From NCBI GenBank assembly GCA_033764315.1, contig JANRJA010000065.1, positions 1 to 64,000 of the forward strand: a stretch of 64,000 nucleotides of DNA, read 5' to 3'. Shown here piece by piece: positions 40,365 through 48,835 of the stretch. The notes below the pieces were generated by a model. That model searched no databases. It was given only the letters and a program-made list of their open reading frames with translations, and was not told the origin of the DNA. The first letter of the stretch is position 1; the number at the start of each line of letters is the position of its first letter. The DNA comes from Oculatellaceae cyanobacterium bins.114. Lineage in GTDB: Bacteria > Cyanobacteriota > Cyanobacteriia > Elainellales > Elainellaceae. The translations under genes were made by a program, and so were the position numbers.

Positions 40365-42509
40365 ATGACCCAACCGCCCACCTACGGCCCCCACAACCCG
40401 CACCCGCTGTCAACGCTACGGACGGAACTGGTGTGGGAGGGCAAGTATGACGAGTATGGGCAGCGGCGGGAAGTGGATATTGCTGGGTGCGCCATGCCGA
40501 TGCAGCGAATTGAGAGCATTGATGAACCGCGACGGGCAGCGGCGGCAACGGGGCAGTTGGAGCTGTTTGAACAGCAAAACCCCAAGCAGGATGACTTTCG
40601 CAATCGGCTGATCTGGGGTGACAACAAGCTGGTGATGGCATCGCTGTTGCAAGAGTTTAAGGGCAAGGTGGATCTGATTTATATTGACCCACCGTTTGAT
40701 GTAGGTGCAGATTTTTCGATGAGTGTGGCGATCGGGGATGAGCAGGAAGCGATTGAAAAAGAGCAATCAACATTAGAAATGGTTGCTTATCGAGATATTT
40801 GGGGAAAAGGAACCGATTCTTTTCTGCAAATGATCTATGAACGACTTGTCCTTGCTAGAGAATTACTCACCGACAAAGGTTTGATATTTGTTCATATCGG
40901 TTGGTTTGTATCTCATCAAGTCAAAGCAATAATTGATGATGTTTTTGGCAATAGCCAGTTCTTAAATCAAATTATTTGGAAAAGGCAAACAGCCCATAGT
41001 GATGTTGGTCAAGGTTCGCAGCATCTTGGACGTATTCATGATGTTATATTTCTGTATTCCAAGTCTGAGAATTTTACATGGAATATGCAGTACCAGCCAT
41101 ATTCTGAGGAGTACATAAATTCTTTCTATAAACACATAGAGCCAGAAACAGGACGCAGATATCGACTTAGCGATACAACTGGCCCCGGAGGTGCTTCAAA
41201 GGGTAATCCGCGCTATGAATTCTTAGGAGTAACACGATATTGGCGATTTAAACAAGAACGCATGGAGGAGCTTTATAAACAGGGACGCATAGTTCAAACT
41301 AAACCAGGAACCGTTCCGCAACAAAAACGCTATTTAGATGAGATGTCAGGAGTACCTATCCAGGACCTATGGTTAGATATCAATACTGTCCAGCCTCAGT
41401 CATTAGAAAGACTTGGATATGAAACTCAAAAGCCAGAAACTCTTCTCGAACGAGTGATTTCTCTAGCTTCCAACGAGGGCGATCTGGTGGCAGATTTCTT
41501 TTGTGGCAGTGGCACGACCGGGGCGGTTGCCGAGCGGTTGGGGCGCAGGTGGCTGATGTGTGACTTGGGGCGGTTTGCCATTCACACGTCGCGCAAGCGG
41601 ATGATTGAGCTACAGCGCAAGCTGCACGGTGAGGGCAAACCCTATCGCGCCTTTGATGTCTATAACCTGGGACGCTATGAGCGGCAGTGGTGGCAAAAGG
41701 ATCGCTTGCAGGGGGCAGATGCAGAACATCGACGGGTGATTCTGGAGTTCTTCAAAGCGGAGGTGCTGACCAACCCACCCTCTCCCTTGCTGCATGGGCG
41801 CAAAGCCGGGGCATTTTGTCATGTGGATGGCATCGACTCGATGTTTACCCGCGAAGAAGCGAAACAGGTGGCGCAGGCAACGGCGCAGGCGGGTGGGCGC
41901 GAGTGTTATTGCCTCGCCTGGGAGTTTGAGATGGATTTGCATTTGCTGGTCAATGCCCTGACGCACGAGTTGGGCGTGAAGCTGAAGCTGGTGCAGATTC
42001 CCCGCGAGATTATGGAGAAGAATCGCAAGGCTCCACCGCCGTTTTTGGAAGTCGCTGTCCTCGCCGCCGAACCCGTCTACCGTAAAGCAACGACTGAAGT
42101 CGTTACTACAAACAAGGCTCGTAGTGAGGACTTTAGACCTCAAACCGTTACTACAAACAAGGCTCGTAGTGAGGACTTTAGTCCTCAAACCCACAGCGTA
42201 GATATCAAACTCACCCAGTTCCTCCCCTCCCTCGCCGAAGTGCCCACCAAAGAACTGGAAGCGATCAAAGAACGGGCGATCGCAAGCGGTTTTGATTTTA
42301 TTGACTTCTGGGCGATCGATTTCCACTGGCAACCGGGCAAACCCTTTACCCACGACTGGCAAGACTACCGGACACGGAAGGATCGATCGCTCAAAACCAT
42401 CAGCGATGCGAGCTACACCTATCCTGCTCCGGGCAAATACACCGCCTGCGTCAAAGTCGTCGATACCTTCGGCTGCGACACCTCGATTACCGTAGAGGTA
42501 GAAGTATGA
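40365..42509 (+). CDS. mod: Type III-like DNA methyltransferase (Mod, beta class)
   Basis: NRLIWGDN, IYIDPPF, YETQKPE, DFFCGSGTT; in-frame REP-derived insert near the C-terminus. Confidence 0.9.
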   Translation: MTQPPTYGPHNPHPLSTLRTELVWEGKYDEYGQRREVDIAGCAMPMQRIESIDEPRRAAAATGQLELFEQQNPKQDDFRNRLIWGDNKLVMASLLQEFKGKVDLIYIDPPFDVGADFSMSVAIGDEQEAIEKEQSTLEMVAYRDIWGKGTDSFLQMIYERLVLARELLTDKGLIFVHIGWFVSHQVKAIIDDVFGNSQFLNQIIWKRQTAHSDVGQGSQHLGRIHDVIFLYSKSENFTWNMQYQPYSEEYINSFYKHIEPETGRRYRLSDTTGPGGASKGNPRYEFLGVTRYWRFKQERMEELYKQGRIVQTKPGTVPQQKRYLDEMSGVPIQDLWLDINTVQPQSLERLGYETQKPETLLERVISLASNEGDLVADFFCGSGTTGAVAERLGRRWLMCDLGRFAIHTSRKRMIELQRKLHGEGKPYRAFDVYNLGRYERQWWQKDRLQGADAEHRRVILEFFKAEVLTNPPSPLLHGRKAGAFCHVDGIDSMFTREEAKQVAQATAQAGGRECYCLAWEFEMDLHLLVNALTHELGVKLKLVQIPREIMEKNRKAPPPFLEVAVLAAEPVYRKATTEVVTTNKARSEDFRPQTVTTNKARSEDFSPQTHSVDIKLTQFLPSLAEVPTKELEAIKERAIASGFDFIDFWAIDFHWQPGKPFTHDWQDYRTRKDRSLKTISDASYTYPAPGKYTACVKVVDTFGCDTSITVEVEV
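42089..42190. repeat. In-frame REP cluster inside mod (3 hairpins, 45-bp duplication)
   Basis: rc GTAGTAACGACTTCAGTCGTT (42089-42109), GTAGTGAGGACTTTAG(A/T)CCTCA at 42121 and 42166; encodes TTEVVTTNKARSEDFRPQTVTTNKARSEDFSPQ. Confidence 0.9.
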
Positions 42510-42723
42510 ACATCGCCCGTAATGAGGTTCGTAGTGAGGACTTTAGTCCTCATGTTCCGGAGAGGTGGAAGTATGAACATCACTCGTAATGAGGTTCGTA
42601 GTGAGGACTTTAGTCCTCATGTTCCGGAGAGGTGGAAGTATGAACATCGCTCGTAATGAGGTTCGTAGTGAGGACTTTAGTCCTCATGTTCCGGAGAAAA
42701 CGACTAAAGTCGTTACTACGAAC
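42494..42723. repeat. Three 67-bp tandem REP units ending in a REPIN doublet
   Basis: GTTCGTAGTGAGGACTTTAGTCCTCA with GTAG at 42531, 42598 and 42665; inverted partner AACGACTAAAGTCGTTACTACGAAC at 42699-42723. Confidence 0.92.
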
Positions 42724-42745
42724 GTTGAGGTTGGAGGTACTTGCC

Positions 42746-43480
42746 ATGTATGAGTATCGTCGGCTAACACCAGAGCAACGAGCCGAAATTGTTCAACAAC
42801 GCTTAGCTAAGGGCTATCCACCCCACAGCCCACCTCACCCCATTCAGGATCAAGCGTTTTACTTGTTGACAGCAGCTTGCTACGAACATAAATGCCATAT
42901 TAAGAGTGAAGAACGACGCAAACAGCTTTTGGATTTGCTGTTTGAGCAGTTTACAGATCGTGGTGTTGAGCTACGAGGCTGGGTAATCTTGCCCAATCAC
43001 TATCATGTGTTGGTTTATTTGGGTGATTTTGATGAGGGCTTAAGCCCTCACTACAAACAAGATAAACACGCTTGTAGTAAAGGCTTTAGCCCTTATGAAC
43101 AAATAGGGAAAGTTTTACAACGAGTACACGGCTCTACATCTCGACAGTGGAACTTGGAAGATCACGCAGTCGGTCGGAAAGTTTGGTATGCCTATAGCGA
43201 TCGCGCTATTCGCTCTGAACGGCATTACTACACGACACTAAATTATATTCACTACAACCCAGTTAAACACGAATGGTCAAAATCACCCTATGAGTGGATT
43301 TGTAGTAGTGTGCATTGGTATTTGGAGCAGCAAGGACGTGATTTTTTACGGGATGCTTGGGTGCGCTATCCCATCAAAGACTATGGAAGAGAATGGGATG
43401 AATTTTTAATGCCTGAACATGCCTCGCTAAAGCGAGAACTACAAACCTATTCAGGAGAAGACCTATGGCAGAGCGAATAA
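42746..43480 (+). CDS. REP-associated tyrosine transposase (RAYT/TnpA-REP, Y1 HUH)
   Basis: FYLLTAAC, WVILPNHYHVL (HUH), SDRAIRSERH, NYIHYNPVKH, W.CSS; GGAGG RBS before ATG 42746; REPs at both ends. Confidence 0.9.
   Translation: MYEYRRLTPEQRAEIVQQRLAKGYPPHSPPHPIQDQAFYLLTAACYEHKCHIKSEERRKQLLDLLFEQFTDRGVELRGWVILPNHYHVLVYLGDFDEGLSPHYKQDKHACSKGFSPYEQIGKVLQRVHGSTSRQWNLEDHAVGRKVWYAYSDRAIRSERHYYTTLNYIHYNPVKHEWSKSPYEWICSSVHWYLEQQGRDFLRDAWVRYPIKDYGREWDEFLMPEHASLKRELQTYSGEDLWQSE
43033..43095. repeat. In-frame REP pair inside the RAYT gene
   Basis: TGAGGGCTTAAGCCCTCACTAC and GTAGTAAAGGCTTTAGCCCTTA; another REP (rc GTAGTTCTCGCTTTAGCGAG) at 43423-43442. Confidence 0.85.
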
Positions 43481-43689
43481 AAGTTTGGTTTGACCCGGAA
43501 GCTGATTTTTTAGAGGTGATTTTCTCGGATGCTCCAGGCTATATGCAGGAAACCGAAAACGATGCCGTTATGGAGCGTGTCGATTTAGAGGGCAACCTGC
43601 TCGGCTTCTCCATTTTGGCGGTTAGTCAGCTTGCCAAATCAAAACCATTGATTGCGGAGTTGTTATCAGAAAGAGGAAGTGCGGCTTAG
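43465..43689 (+). CDS. DUF2283 family protein
   Basis: IKVWFDPEADFLEV..., D.EGNLLGFSIL pattern; AGGAG RBS. Confidence 0.8.
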   Translation: MAERIKVWFDPEADFLEVIFSDAPGYMQETENDAVMERVDLEGNLLGFSILAVSQLAKSKPLIAELLSERGSAA

Positions 43690-43702
43690 AGGAGATGATG
43701 CA

Positions 43703-44044
43703 GTGGATAAGCTAGAAAACTATCGTCAGATCATTCAAAAGCTTCTGACTGACTATCAGCACTGGGCAATGGGTGCCAATCAGCCTGGAATTCAGCAATG
43801 TGTTGGCTTTGATGAAGAACACGACCACTATTTCTGGTTTCATGTGGGCTGGGATGGTAAGCGGCGAGATTTTGGAGTGACCGTTTACCTCCGCCTTGAA
43901 AACGGCAAAATTTGGATCGAAGAAGACTGGACAAAACAGGGCATCGCCAATGATGTACTAGAAGCTGGAGTCCCTGCCGAAGACATTGTTCTGGGCTTTC
44001 AGCATCCCAGCAAGCGTCCCCTGACAGAATTTGCTATTGCTTAA
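43703..44044 (+). CDS. xisI: XisI family protein
   Basis: DKLENYRQIIQ, FDEEHDHY, GKIWIEEDWT, GVPAEDIVLGF.HP..RP.TEFA; GTG start after GAGGAG. Confidence 0.9.
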   Translation: MDKLENYRQIIQKLLTDYQHWAMGANQPGIQQCVGFDEEHDHYFWFHVGWDGKRRDFGVTVYLRLENGKIWIEEDWTKQGIANDVLEAGVPAEDIVLGFQHPSKRPLTEFAIA

Positions 44045-44073
44045 TATTCACAATAATTGCAAGGAGGTAATTC

Positions 44074-44655
44074 GTGTCTACAGCAATCGAATTAAAAACT
44101 GATAAAAAGGTTTGGACAGATGAAGAATTTATGGCATTGCCTAAAGATGGGCATCGCTATGAGATCGTGAACGGAGAATTGGTTGACATGGGAAATTCAG
44201 GAGCATTGCATGGCAATCTTGCTATTATTCTAAGCTCTGCTCTTTTTGCTACTGTTAATGCTCAAAAACTAGGATCTTTGTTTGATTCTAGTACCGCCTT
44301 CAAGATGAAAAATGATAATAAACGCTCTCCTGACATTTCCTTCTTTGCCAAAGAGCGTTTACAAGGCATGACCGAATTGCCAACTGGCTTCCTAGAAGGC
44401 GCACCTGATCTTGCGGTGGAAATTTTATCTCCTGGCAACACAGTAGAGGAGATAGAAACAAAAATTACTGAGTATTTTGACAATGGTGCCCGCTTAGTTT
44501 GGATGATTAGCCCAACTCAGCACTATGTCCTTGTCTACCGCTGTGCCCAAGAACCCGATCGCCTGCTGAAATCGGTTGATTCTCTGGATGGAGAAGAGGT
44601 GATTCCCGGATTTACGTTCCCCGTGGCTGATCTATTTCAAAAGCTCTCATTCTGA
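44074..44655 (+). CDS. Uma2 family (DUF820) putative endonuclease
   Basis: RYEIVNGEL, RSPDISF, APDLAVEILSP, YFDNGARLVW, GEEVIPGF. Confidence 0.92.
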   Translation: MSTAIELKTDKKVWTDEEFMALPKDGHRYEIVNGELVDMGNSGALHGNLAIILSSALFATVNAQKLGSLFDSSTAFKMKNDNKRSPDISFFAKERLQGMTELPTGFLEGAPDLAVEILSPGNTVEEIETKITEYFDNGARLVWMISPTQHYVLVYRCAQEPDRLLKSVDSLDGEEVIPGFTFPVADLFQKLSF

Positions 44656-44660
44656 TTTTC

Positions 44661-47600
44661 ATGACCTCCTCCACCCTCAACCCCACCGTTCTCGAACCCC
44701 TGTTTGCCCCCTGGCAGGAACCCAACACCCATCGCGTTCGGGCAGAAAAATCCGGCGACCCCGCTGTAGTGAAACAGGGACGCAGAGCCTCCCCGATTGA
44801 GGTGGTCAATAACCTGCGAGCAGCCGTGCGAGAGTGGCGGGAAGCCTTTTACATCGGAGCCAGCGACACCACGATTCAACTGCTCAACCACTGGTTTAAC
44901 CGCGCCCATCGCAAAATCACCCCCGATGGTGAAGAATTTGAGTTTCGTTACTACTTCTGTCAGCGAGAAGCTGTCGAAACCCTGATCTACCTTAAAGAAG
45001 TCCGTCGTATCGAATGCCTATCCCAAATCATTGCCGAATTTGGCGGCGTGAATGCCGAATTGCAGGCATTGGGCATCACCGAAGACGAAGATGCCTGGAG
45101 CCGCTATGCCTTCAAACTGGCAACCGGGGCAGGCAAAACTAAAGTCATGAGCCTGTGCATCGTCTGGAGCTACTTCCACGCCCTGCGAGAATCTGACTCG
45201 GAGATGGCGCGGCATTTTGTCGTGATCGCCCCCAACCTGACCGTTTACGAACGGCTCAAAGACGACTTTGCTAACGGGCGCGTGTTCGATGAAGACCCCC
45301 TGATTCCCCCAGAGTGGCGCGGCGACTGGAATTTATCTGTTGTTCTCCAGGACGAAGCCAGTGGTGCGGCAACGGGTGGAACCCTCTATCTCACCAATAT
45401 CCACCGCCTCTACGACACGTCTAAACGCAAAAAGAACGCTGACGAAGACAATTACACCTGGATGGGACCTGTGGTGTCTAAGTCAAAAGCTCTCGATACC
45501 GGAGCCGCTTTACGAGACAGAATCACCGCCCATCGTCGGGTCATGGTTCTCAACGACGAAGCCCACCACGTCTGGGATTCTGGCTCCGCCTGGAACGAAG
45601 CCATCCGTACCCTGCATGAAACCATCCTGGCTCGCAGCGGTTGCAAGCTGGTGGCACAACTCGACTTTTCCGCCACCCCCAAAGATAACAAGGGGCTATT
45701 GTTCAAACACATCGTTTGCGATACGCCCCTCGGTGAAGCAGTGGATGCCGGAATTGTCAAAACCCCACTAATTGGGCAAGCCAGCCGCAAGCTGGTCGAA
45801 CAAGCCGACGACAACGCCGCCTATCGCTGGGAGCAGCATTTACTCTTGGGCTACGAACGCTGGAAAGCCAGCCAAGCCGAATGGCAAGCCAGTGGCAAAA
45901 AGCCGCTCCTGTTCATCATGTGCGATGACACCGATGCCGCCGATCAGATTACTCAACGCTTCAACACCGACCCACTGTTTGAGCAACTCAACGGCAAAAC
46001 CATTAACTTGCACACTAACCTGAAGGGCAAGTTGAAAAAAGTGGGACGGGGGAAAGAGGCGCGATATGAATTTGTGGAAGACGAAAAAGCCATCAGTGAC
46101 GATGACCTGAAGGCATTGCGAAAACTCAGCCGAGAACTGGATAGCAACGCCAGTCCTTATTTCTGCATTGTCTCAGTGCTGATGCTGCGGGAAGGCTGGG
46201 ACGTGCGAAATGTGACGACGATCGTGCCTCTGCGTCCCTATAGTTCCAAAGCCAACATCCTACCCGAACAAACCCTGGGGCGAGGCTTGCGCCGCATGAC
46301 TCCCCCTGGTCAAGCCAATGAACTGGTGACGGTGGTAGAACATCCCGCCTTTGCCAGCCTCTATCAGCAAGAACTGGCACAGGAAGGCTTGCCCCTGGAA
46401 ATTGTGGAACTCGATCGCGTTCCGGCTACAACGATTTCTATCTTCCCCGACGAAGTCCACAAGGATGTGAATACCCTGAATATCCAGATTCCCACCCTTT
46501 CCGCTGGCTTTCGGATTGTTCCCAAGCTGGAAGGCTTAACGATTCAGGATGTGAAAAAAGCCTTTAAACCCTACAAACTGTTGCCGTTGGGGATGACTAA
46601 AGTCATCACTACGAACGAGTTTGTAGTAACCACTCCAGTGGTTGATGAGACTACTGATGAGACGACTAAAGTCGTCACTACGAAAGAGTTTGTAGTAACC
46701 ACTTCAGTGGTTGATGAGACTACTGATGAGACGACTAAAGTCGTCACTACGAACAATACGATCGCGTATGAGGGGCGGCATCTGTTTACGGGGGAAGTCG
46801 TCGAAAAAATGCAGTTGAATTTGCCGCTCCTGGAGTCGGGCATTGGCGCGGTTTCCTACTATGTCAAACAACTGGAAACTATTTGCAAGCTGCGGGGACT
46901 CCATCCCATCCTCGCTCCCCTGATTCAGACCTTTTTAGAAGAGATCTTGTTTGAGCAGAAAACTACATTGTTTGATCCGGTTCTGGTGGCTCGGTTAGCC
47001 GACTCTGATGTGGGCGAACATCTGCGGGCAGTGTTTGTGCCTCTAATTCGCAGCCGCACTACTACCTCAGAAGAACGGCTGATCGTCGAACCGCCCAAAT
47101 CTCTCAACGCCTGGAAACCCTTTCAAGTCACCCTCAGTGAACGCCGTCCTGCCCTGGAAGCCGCAAAGACCCTGTTTAACCTCGTCACCTGCAACCGAGA
47201 GTTAGAAGTAGCCGTAGCAAAGTTTTGCGATCGCGCCCCCGATGTGGCTGCCTTTGCCAAAAATGCCGGATCGCAGTGTTTGCGAGTGGACTATCTCGCC
47301 AATGGCGATCGCCTCGCCTTCTATACCCCAGACTTCTTCATTCGTACCCTTGATAGTCACTACTACCTGGTCGAAACCAAAGGGCGAGAAGATCGGGATG
47401 TGCCGTTGAAAGCCAAAGCGGCGATCGCTTGGTGCGAGGCTGCTTCTGGGGTGACGACTGAAGTCGCCACTACAAACCAAAACGTTCGTAGTGCTGACTT
47501 TAGTCAGCAAAAAGCAGGCACATGGCACTATCTCTACATTCCTCAAGGGGTCTTTGAACGGATGGCAGGTGATACCATTGCCGAACTTGCCCGCGCCTGT

Positions 47601-48272
47601 GCCCCCGCCTTACAAAACCTGCTCCAATCTGAGGAGTTTCAAGACTTGCCGCTGTTTGTAAATTTGGGACAGGTGGATGAAGAAGCCTCCGCTGTCGATA
47701 GCCTGATTGATCCAGCGATTCTCAATGCTCTGCCTTCTCGCTATCGCCGCGCCGCCGATCAAGCCGTTATGCTCTATCGCTTTTTTGAAAACAAAGAGGG
47801 CATGAATTATGCTCCTGTCTTTACCGCTCTACTCGGCTCGATTGACGAGGTGGCTAAAGGTTTCCTGGTAAGGCGATTGCAGCCAGAAATGCCCGTCACC
47901 GTGGATAGCCAAAAAGCCTGGTTTACTCCCTATTTGGGCAACGTAGACCGCAAATCAGAGGACTATTACCGCAAACTGGCACAAAATTTGAAACGGACGT
48001 TAGTCTTCAATAATGGCTTGTCGCTGATTGGTTTGCTGCGATCGTGTCTAGACTATGCGCTGAATGACACCACAAAAATCGGGGGTGTATTCGAGGCGTT
48101 GCAAACTCAGTTACGGGTTCAGGGCGGACGCAAGTTTTTAGAAACTGTCACCCGTATCAACGACTTTCGGAACACCTACATTGCTCACCAGGAACAAGAG
48201 TTAACCGATAAAAATTTAGCCGAGCAAGAACTCAAAATCTGGATCGAGGCATTGCATATGATTGGAAAATAA
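44661..48272 (+). CDS. res: Type III-like restriction subunit: SF2 helicase, PD-(D/E)XK nuclease and C-terminal HEPN-like domain
   Basis: KLATGAGKT, NDEAHH, FSATP, LREGWD, EQTLGRGLR, YTPDF..VETKG, terminal RNTYIAH; two in-frame REP inserts. Confidence 0.88.
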   Translation: MTSSTLNPTVLEPLFAPWQEPNTHRVRAEKSGDPAVVKQGRRASPIEVVNNLRAAVREWREAFYIGASDTTIQLLNHWFNRAHRKITPDGEEFEFRYYFCQREAVETLIYLKEVRRIECLSQIIAEFGGVNAELQALGITEDEDAWSRYAFKLATGAGKTKVMSLCIVWSYFHALRESDSEMARHFVVIAPNLTVYERLKDDFANGRVFDEDPLIPPEWRGDWNLSVVLQDEASGAATGGTLYLTNIHRLYDTSKRKKNADEDNYTWMGPVVSKSKALDTGAALRDRITAHRRVMVLNDEAHHVWDSGSAWNEAIRTLHETILARSGCKLVAQLDFSATPKDNKGLLFKHIVCDTPLGEAVDAGIVKTPLIGQASRKLVEQADDNAAYRWEQHLLLGYERWKASQAEWQASGKKPLLFIMCDDTDAADQITQRFNTDPLFEQLNGKTINLHTNLKGKLKKVGRGKEARYEFVEDEKAISDDDLKALRKLSRELDSNASPYFCIVSVLMLREGWDVRNVTTIVPLRPYSSKANILPEQTLGRGLRRMTPPGQANELVTVVEHPAFASLYQQELAQEGLPLEIVELDRVPATTISIFPDEVHKDVNTLNIQIPTLSAGFRIVPKLEGLTIQDVKKAFKPYKLLPLGMTKVITTNEFVVTTPVVDETTDETTKVVTTKEFVVTTSVVDETTDETTKVVTTNNTIAYEGRHLFTGEVVEKMQLNLPLLESGIGAVSYYVKQLETICKLRGLHPILAPLIQTFLEEILFEQKTTLFDPVLVARLADSDVGEHLRAVFVPLIRSRTTTSEERLIVEPPKSLNAWKPFQVTLSERRPALEAAKTLFNLVTCNRELEVAVAKFCDRAPDVAAFAKNAGSQCLRVDYLANGDRLAFYTPDFFIRTLDSHYYLVETKGREDRDVPLKAKAAIAWCEAASGVTTEVATTNQNVRSADFSQQKAGTWHYLYIPQGVFERMAGDTIAELARACAPALQNLLQSEEFQDLPLFVNLGQVDEEASAVDSLIDPAILNALPSRYRRAADQAVMLYRFFENKEGMNYAPVFTALLGSIDEVAKGFLVRRLQPEMPVTVDSQKAWFTPYLGNVDRKSEDYYRKLAQNLKRTLVFNNGLSLIGLLRSCLDYALNDTTKIGGVFEALQTQLRVQGGRKFLETVTRINDFRNTYIAHQEQELTDKNLAEQELKIWIEALHMIGK
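46592..46754. repeat. In-frame cluster of five alternating REPs (69-bp period) in res
   Basis: GA(T/C)GACTAAAGTC(A/G)TCACTAC at 46592, 46661 and 46730; GTAGTAACCACT(C/T)CAGTGGTT at 46623 and 46692. Confidence 0.92.
47453..47509. repeat. In-frame REP pair in res after the nuclease motif
   Basis: GACGACTGAAGTCGCCACTAC and GTAGTGCTGACTTTAGTCAGCA; encodes TTEVATTNQNVRSADFSQQ. Confidence 0.88.
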
Positions 48273-48279
48273 ATAAGAT

Positions 48280-48387
48280 ACGCGATGTGCAACTTAGGGG
48301 TTTAGATCCCCGGTTGCTCGTTCAGCATCCTCAAATTGGTCTGATTCGCGTCATAGCAACCGGGGAGCTGGGAAGGTCGCACACGGG
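48280..48387. mobile_element. ~108-bp MITE with 9-bp target-site duplication (copy of 17814 family)
   Basis: Flanked by AAATAAGAT at 48271-48279 and 48388-48396. Confidence 0.85.
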
Positions 48388-48529
48388 AAATAAGATGCAA
48401 TTGCCAAGCAAGGCAACCAATCGATTTTTGACACCAGTTTTTTGTTTGCGTTGACTGCTTAGAGCGATCGCCCCTTGTTGATTCCAGGCTTAAAACGTCC
48501 TAATGATCATAACTAACGCTATAACTCTA

Positions 48530-48692
48530 ACGTCAGTTCGGTTTAAGCAGCCCAGCGAATCAATTCGCGACTACCAGAGCAAAGTCCGCCGTCGCGGACT
48601 ACCAACATCAAAGATTGACTGAACCGACGCAAGTCGGTTTTGCTTGTGTAGCAGCGGTTTCAACCGCCAAAATCCTTATCCTGAACTCAGGT
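48530..48692 (-). mobile_element. 163-bp MITE (2131 family), inverted
   Basis: Reverse complement aligns with 2131..2293; flanks TAACTCTA / TAACGCTA. Confidence 0.8.
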
Positions 48693-48835
48693 TAACGCTA
48701 TGTAAAGGCAAGACCTGAAACTCAGCCTCAGACCTGTTGCAAAGAGCGATCGCCTTTTTTACCTACTTCCAGAAATACCTTTAAGCTCTGCAATGATGGG
48801 AAAGTGAATAGAAGCGAGTCCAATTACCCCTAACT

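Noticed and set aside
42494..42723. CRISPR array
   Set aside because: The would-be spacers are near-identical, there are no cas genes, and the units are GTAG REPs next to a RAYT.
42656..42745. N-terminal extension of the RAYT in the ORF track
   Set aside because: It is translated REPIN sequence; ATG 42746 has a GGAGG RBS.
43703..44044. fdxN-type excision element
   Set aside because: No xisH, xisF recombinase or nif genes; stand-alone xisI copies are common in cyanobacteria.
40113..48692. Composite transposon formed by inverted MITE copies around the RM island
   Set aside because: The right copy has its own near-duplicated flanks (TAACTCTA/TAACGCTA), the outer flanks do not match, and the left copy is truncated and interrupted.
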